Program-made: the position numbers and the translations under genes
In this document: positions 58,401 through 64,000 of the stretch, piece by piece
Layout: each line of letters begins with the position of its first letter
Position numbering within the stretch: the stretch's first letter is position 1
Notes under the pieces: generated by a model
What the model was told of the DNA's origin: nothing
What the model saw: only the letters and a program-made list of their open reading frames with translations
Databases searched by the model: none
Assembly: GCA_964016885.1 (NCBI GenBank)
Contig: OZ024740.1
Span: forward strand, 231,012,001 to 231,076,000
DNA: 64,000 nucleotides
Direction: 5' to 3'
DNA from: Eledone cirrhosa
Taxonomy: Eukaryota

Positions 58401-61400
58401 GGATGTCTCTAAGACTACTATTACAACCATACTATAATAGGGGATGTCTCTAGGACTACTATTACAACACTACTATAATGGGAGATGTCTCTAGGACTAC
58501 TATTACAACCCTACTATAATAGGGGATGTCCCTAGACCTACTATTACAACCCTATTATAATGGGAGATGTCTCTAGGACTACTATTACAACCCTACTATA
58601 ATGGAGGATGTCTCTAGGACTACTATTACAACCCTACTATAATGGGGTATGTCTCTAGGGCTACTATTACAACCCTACTATAATGGGAGATGTCTCTAGG
58701 ACTACTATTACAACCCTACTATAATGGGGGATATCTCTAGGACTACTATTACAACCCTACTACAATATGGGATGTCTCTAGGACTACTATTACAACCCTA
58801 CTATAATGGGAGATGTCTCTAGGACTACTATTACAACACTACTATAATAGCGGATGTCTCTAGGACTAATATTACAACCCTACTATAATGGGAGATGACT
58901 CTAGGACTACTATTACAACCCTACTATAATAGGGGATGTCTCTAGGACTACTATTACAACCCTACTATAATGGGGGATGTCTCTAGGACTACTATTACAA
59001 CCCTACTATAATGGAGGATGTCTCTAGGACTACTATTACAACCCTACTATAATAGGGGATGTCTCTAAGACTACTATTACAACCCTACTATAATGGGGTA
59101 TGTCTCTAGGACTACTATTACAACACTACTATAATGGGGGATGTCTCTAGGACTACTATTACAACACTACTATAATGGGGGATGTCTCTAGGATTACTAT
59201 TACAACCCTACTATAATAGGGGATGACTCTAGGACTACTATTACTACACTACTATAATGGGAGATGTCTCTAGGACTACTATTACAACCCTACTATAATA
59301 GGGGATGTCTCTAGAACTACTATTACAACCCTACTATAATGGGAGATGTATCTAGGACTACTATTACAACCCTACTATAATGGAGGATGTCTCTAGGACT
59401 ATTATTACAACCCTACTATAATGGGGTATATCTCTAGGGCTACTATTACAACCCTACTATAATGGGGTACGTCTCTAGGGCTACTATTACAGCCCTACTA
59501 TAATGGGGTACGTCTCTAGGACTACTATTACAACCCTACTATAATGGGGTATGTCTCTAGGACTACTATTACAACCCTACTATAATGGGGGATGTCTCTA
59601 GGACTATTATTACAACCCTACTATAATGGGGGATGTCTCTAGGACTACTATTACAACCCTACTATAATGGGGGATGTCTCTAGGGCTACTATTACAACCC
59701 TACTATAATAGGGGATGTCTCTAGGACTACTATTACAACCCTACTATAATGGGGGATGTCTCTACGACTACTATTACAACCCTACTATAATGGGGGATAT
59801 CTCTACGACTACTATTACAACACTACTATAATAGGGGATGTCTCTAGGACTACTATTACAACACTACTATAATGGGGGATGTCTCTAGGACTACTATTAC
59901 AACCCTACTATAATAGGGGATGTCTCTAGGACTACTATTACAACACTACTATAATGGGAGATGTCTCTAGGACTACTATTACAACCCTACTATAATAGGG
60001 GATGTCCCTAGACCTACTATTACAACCCTATTATAATGGGAGATGTCTCTAGGACTACTATTACAACCCTACTATAATGGAGGATGTCTCTAGGACTACT
60101 ATTACAACCCTACTATAATGGGGTATGTCTCTAGGGCTACTATTACAACCCTACTATAATGGGAGATGTCTCTAGGACTACTATTACAACCCTACTATAA
60201 TGGGGGATATCTCTAGGACTACTATTACAACCCTACTACAATATGGGATGTCTCTAGGACTACTATTACAACCCTACTATAATGGGAGATGTCTCTAGGA
60301 CTACTATTACAACACTACTATAATAGGGGATGTCTCTAGGACTACTATTACAACCCTACTATAATGTGGAATGTCTCTAGGACTACTATTACAACCCTAC
60401 TATAATGGGGGATATCTCTAGGACTACTGTTACAACCCTACTATAATAGGGGATGTCTCTAGGACTACTATTACAACCCTACTATAATGGGAGATGTCTC
60501 TAGGACTACTATTACAACCCTACTATTATAGGGGATGTCTCTAGGACTACTATTACAACCCTACTATAATGGGAGATGTCTCTAGGACTACTATTACAAC
60601 ACTACTATAATAGGGGATGTCTCTAGGACTACTATTACAACCCTACTATAATGGGAGATGTCTCTAGGACTACTATTACAACCCTACTATAATAGGGGAT
60701 GTCTCTAGGACTACTATTACAACACTACTCTAATAGGGGATGTCTCTAGGGCTACTATTACAACCCTACTATAATGGGGGATGACTCTAGGGCTACTATT
60801 AAAACCCTACTATAATAGGGGATGTCTCTAAGGCTACTATTACAACCCTACTATAATAGGGAATGTCTTTAGGACTACTATTACAACCCTACTATAATGG
60901 GGGATGTCTCTAGGACTACTATTACAACCCTACTATAATGGGGGATGACTCTAGGGCTACTATTAAAACCCTACTATAATAGGGGATGTCTCTAAGACTA
61001 CTATTACAACCCTACTATAATAGGGAATGTCTCTAGGACTACTATTACAACCCTACTATAATGGGGTATGTCTCTAGGGCTACTATTACAACCCTACTAT
61101 AATGGGGTATGTCTCTAGGACTATTATTACAACCCAACTATAATGGGGTATGTCTCTAGGACTACTATTACAACCCTACTATAATGGGAGATGTCTCTAG
61201 GACTATTATTACAACCCTACTATAATAGGGGATGTCTCTAGGACTACTATTACAACCCTACTATAATGGGAGATGTCTCTAGGACTACTATTACAACGCT
61301 ACTATAATAGGGGATGTCTCTAAGACTACTATTACAACCATACTATAATAGGGGATATCTCTAGGACTACTGTTACAACCCTACTATAATAGGGCATGTC

Positions 61401-64000
61401 TCTAGGACTACTATTACAACCCTACTATAATAGGGGATGTCTCTAGGACTACTATTACAACCCTACTATAATGGGAGATGTCTCTAGGACTACTGTTACA
61501 ACCCTACTATAATAGGGGATGTCTCTAGGGCTACTATTACAACCCTACTATAATGGGGGATGTCTCTAGGACTACAATTACAACCCTACTATAATAGGGG
61601 ATGTCTCTAAGACTACTATTACAACCATACTATAATAGGGGATATCTCTAGGACTACTATTACAACCCTACTATAATGGCGGATGTCTCTAGGACTACTA
61701 TTACAACCCTACTATAATGGGGTATGTCTCTAGGGCTACTATTACAACCCTACTATAATGGGGTATGTCTCTAGGACTATTATTACAACCCAACTATAAT
61801 GGGGTATGTCTCTAGGACTACTGTTACAACCCTATTATAATGGGGTATGTCTCTAGGGCTACTATTACAACCCTACTATAATGGGGGATGACTCTAGGGC
61901 TACTATTACAACCCTACTATAATAGGGGATGTCTCTAAGACTACTATTACAACCCTACTATAATAGGGAATGTCTCTAGGACTACTATTACAACCCTACT
62001 ATAATGGGGGATGTCTCTAGGACTACTATTACAACCCTACTATAATGGCGGATGTCTCTAGGTCTACTATTACCACCCTACTATAATGGGGGTTATCTCT
62101 AGGACTACTATTACAACACTACTATAATAGGGGATGTCTCTAGGACTACTATTACAACACTACTATAATGGGAAATGTCTCTAGGACTACTATTACAACC
62201 CTACTATAATAGGGGATGTCTCTAGAACTACTATTACAACCCTACTATAATGGGGGATGTCTCTAGGACTACTATTACAACCCTACTATAATGAGGTATG
62301 TCTCTAGGGCTACTATTACAACCCTACTATAATGGGAGATGTCTCTAGGACTACTATTACAACCCTACTATAATGGGAGATGTCTCTAGGACTACTATTA
62401 CAACCCTACTATAATGGGGTATGTCTCTAGGACTACTATTACAACCCTACTATAATGGGAGATGTCTCTAGGACTACTATTACAACCCTACTATAATGGA
62501 GGATGTCTCTAGGACTACTATTACAACCCTACTATAATGGGGTATGTCTCTAGGGCTACTATTACAACCCTACTATAATGGGAGATGTCTCTAGGACTAC
62601 TATTACAACCCTACTATAATGGGAGATGTCTCTAGGACTACTATTACAACCCTACTATAATGGGGTATGTCTCTAGGACTACTATTACAACCCTACTATA
62701 ATGGAGGATATCTCTAGGACTACTGTTACAACCCTACTATAATAGGGGATGTCTCTAGGACTACTATTACAACCCTACTATAATGGAGGATATCTCTAGG
62801 ACTACTATTACAACCCTACTATAATGTGGAATGTCTCTAGGACTACTATTACAACCCTACTATAATGGGGGATATCTCTAGGACTACTGTTACAACCCTA
62901 CTATAATAGGGGATGTCTCTAGGACTACTATTACAACCCTACTATAATGGGAGATGTCTCTAGGACTACTATTACAACCCTACTATTATAGGGGATGTCT
63001 CTAGGACTACTATTACAACCCTACTATAATGGGAGATGTCTCTAGGACTACTATTACAACACTACTATAATAGGGGATGTCTCTAGGACTACTATTACAA
63101 CCCTACTATAATGGGAGATGTCTCTAGGACTACTATTACAACCCTACTATAATAGGGGATGTCTCTAGGACTACTATTACAACACTACTATAATAGGGGA
63201 TGTCTCTAGGGCTACTATTACAACCCTACTATAATGGGGGATGACTCTAGGGCTACTATTAAAACCCTACTATAATAGGGGATGTCTCTAAGGCTACTAT
63301 TACAACCCTACTATAATAGGGAATGTCTTTAGGACTACTATTACAACCCTACTATAATGGGGGATGTCTCTAGGACTACTATTACAACCCTACTATAATG
63401 GCGGATGTCTCTAGGACTACTATTACCACCCTACTATAATGGGGGATATCTCTAGGACTACTATTACAACACTACTATAATAGGGGATGTCTCTAGGACT
63501 ACTATTACAACACTACTATAATGGGAAATGTCTCTAGGACTACTATTACAACCCTACTATAATAGGGGATGTCTCTAGAACTACTATTACAACCCTACTA
63601 TAATGGGGATGTCTCTAGGGCTACTATTACAACCCTACTATAATGGGAGATGTCTCTAGGACTACTATTACAACCCTACTATAATGGGAGATGTCTCTAG
63701 GACTACTATTACAACCCTACTATAATGGGGTATGTCTCTAGGACTACTATTACAACCCTACTATAATGGGAGATGTCTATAGGACTACTATTACAACCCT
63801 ACTATAATGGGGTATGTCTCTAGGACTACTATTACAACCCTACTATAATGGAGGATATCTCTAGGACTACTGTTACAACCCTACTATAATAGGGGATGTC
63901 TCTAGGACTACTATTACAACCCTACTATAATGGGAGATGTCTCTAGGACTACTATTACAACACTACTATAATAGGGGATGTCTCTAGGACTAATATTACA
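19485..64000. repeat. 41-bp satellite DNA array, ~1,085 head-to-tail monomers, continues past the window end
   Basis: Period 41 (ACTAC at 19521 and 19562); consensus ACTACTATTACAACCCTACTATAATRGGRKATGTCTCTAGG; single orientation; no ORFs in the ORF track beyond 19380. Confidence 0.99.

Noticed and set aside
19485-64000. CRISPR-like array (36-nt constant part plus variable part)
   Set aside because: The variable part is only ~5 nt, drawn from a few single-substitution variants that recur; no unique spacers, no cas genes, eukaryotic context
19485-64000. Repetitive protein-coding region
   Set aside because: The 41-bp period shifts frame and TAA/TAG occur on both strands; the ORF track shows nothing here

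Overview
Eukaryotic, AT-rich, repeat-saturated DNA with no recognisable intact host gene. The SINE family and other repeats resemble octopus/cephalopod repeats (recalled resemblance, not searched). Bases 1-19.4 kb are a graveyard of decayed retroelements: two Tx1/L1-like LINEs, a CR1-like LINE, RTE, CRE-like, R4/Dong-like and Penelope-like fragments, a probable solo LTR, MITEs, and about 9 copies of one tRNA-derived SINE. From ~19,485 to the window end lies an uninterrupted 41-bp satellite array (~1,085 monomers, consensus ACTACTATTACAACCCTACTATAAT[RGGRK]ATGTCTCTAGG) with nested higher-order structure, including an ~18.3-kb tandem duplication. The most unusual observation is that two SINE insertions within 6 kb carry, inside their target-site duplications, ~100-bp inverted copies of adjacent DNA fused at the SINE 5' junction. 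A third insertion consists of only 7 bp of SINE 3' end between 16-bp TSDs. Together these point to a retrotransposition machinery prone to local template switching that creates inverted repeats. All coordinates were counted by eye and may be off by a few bases.
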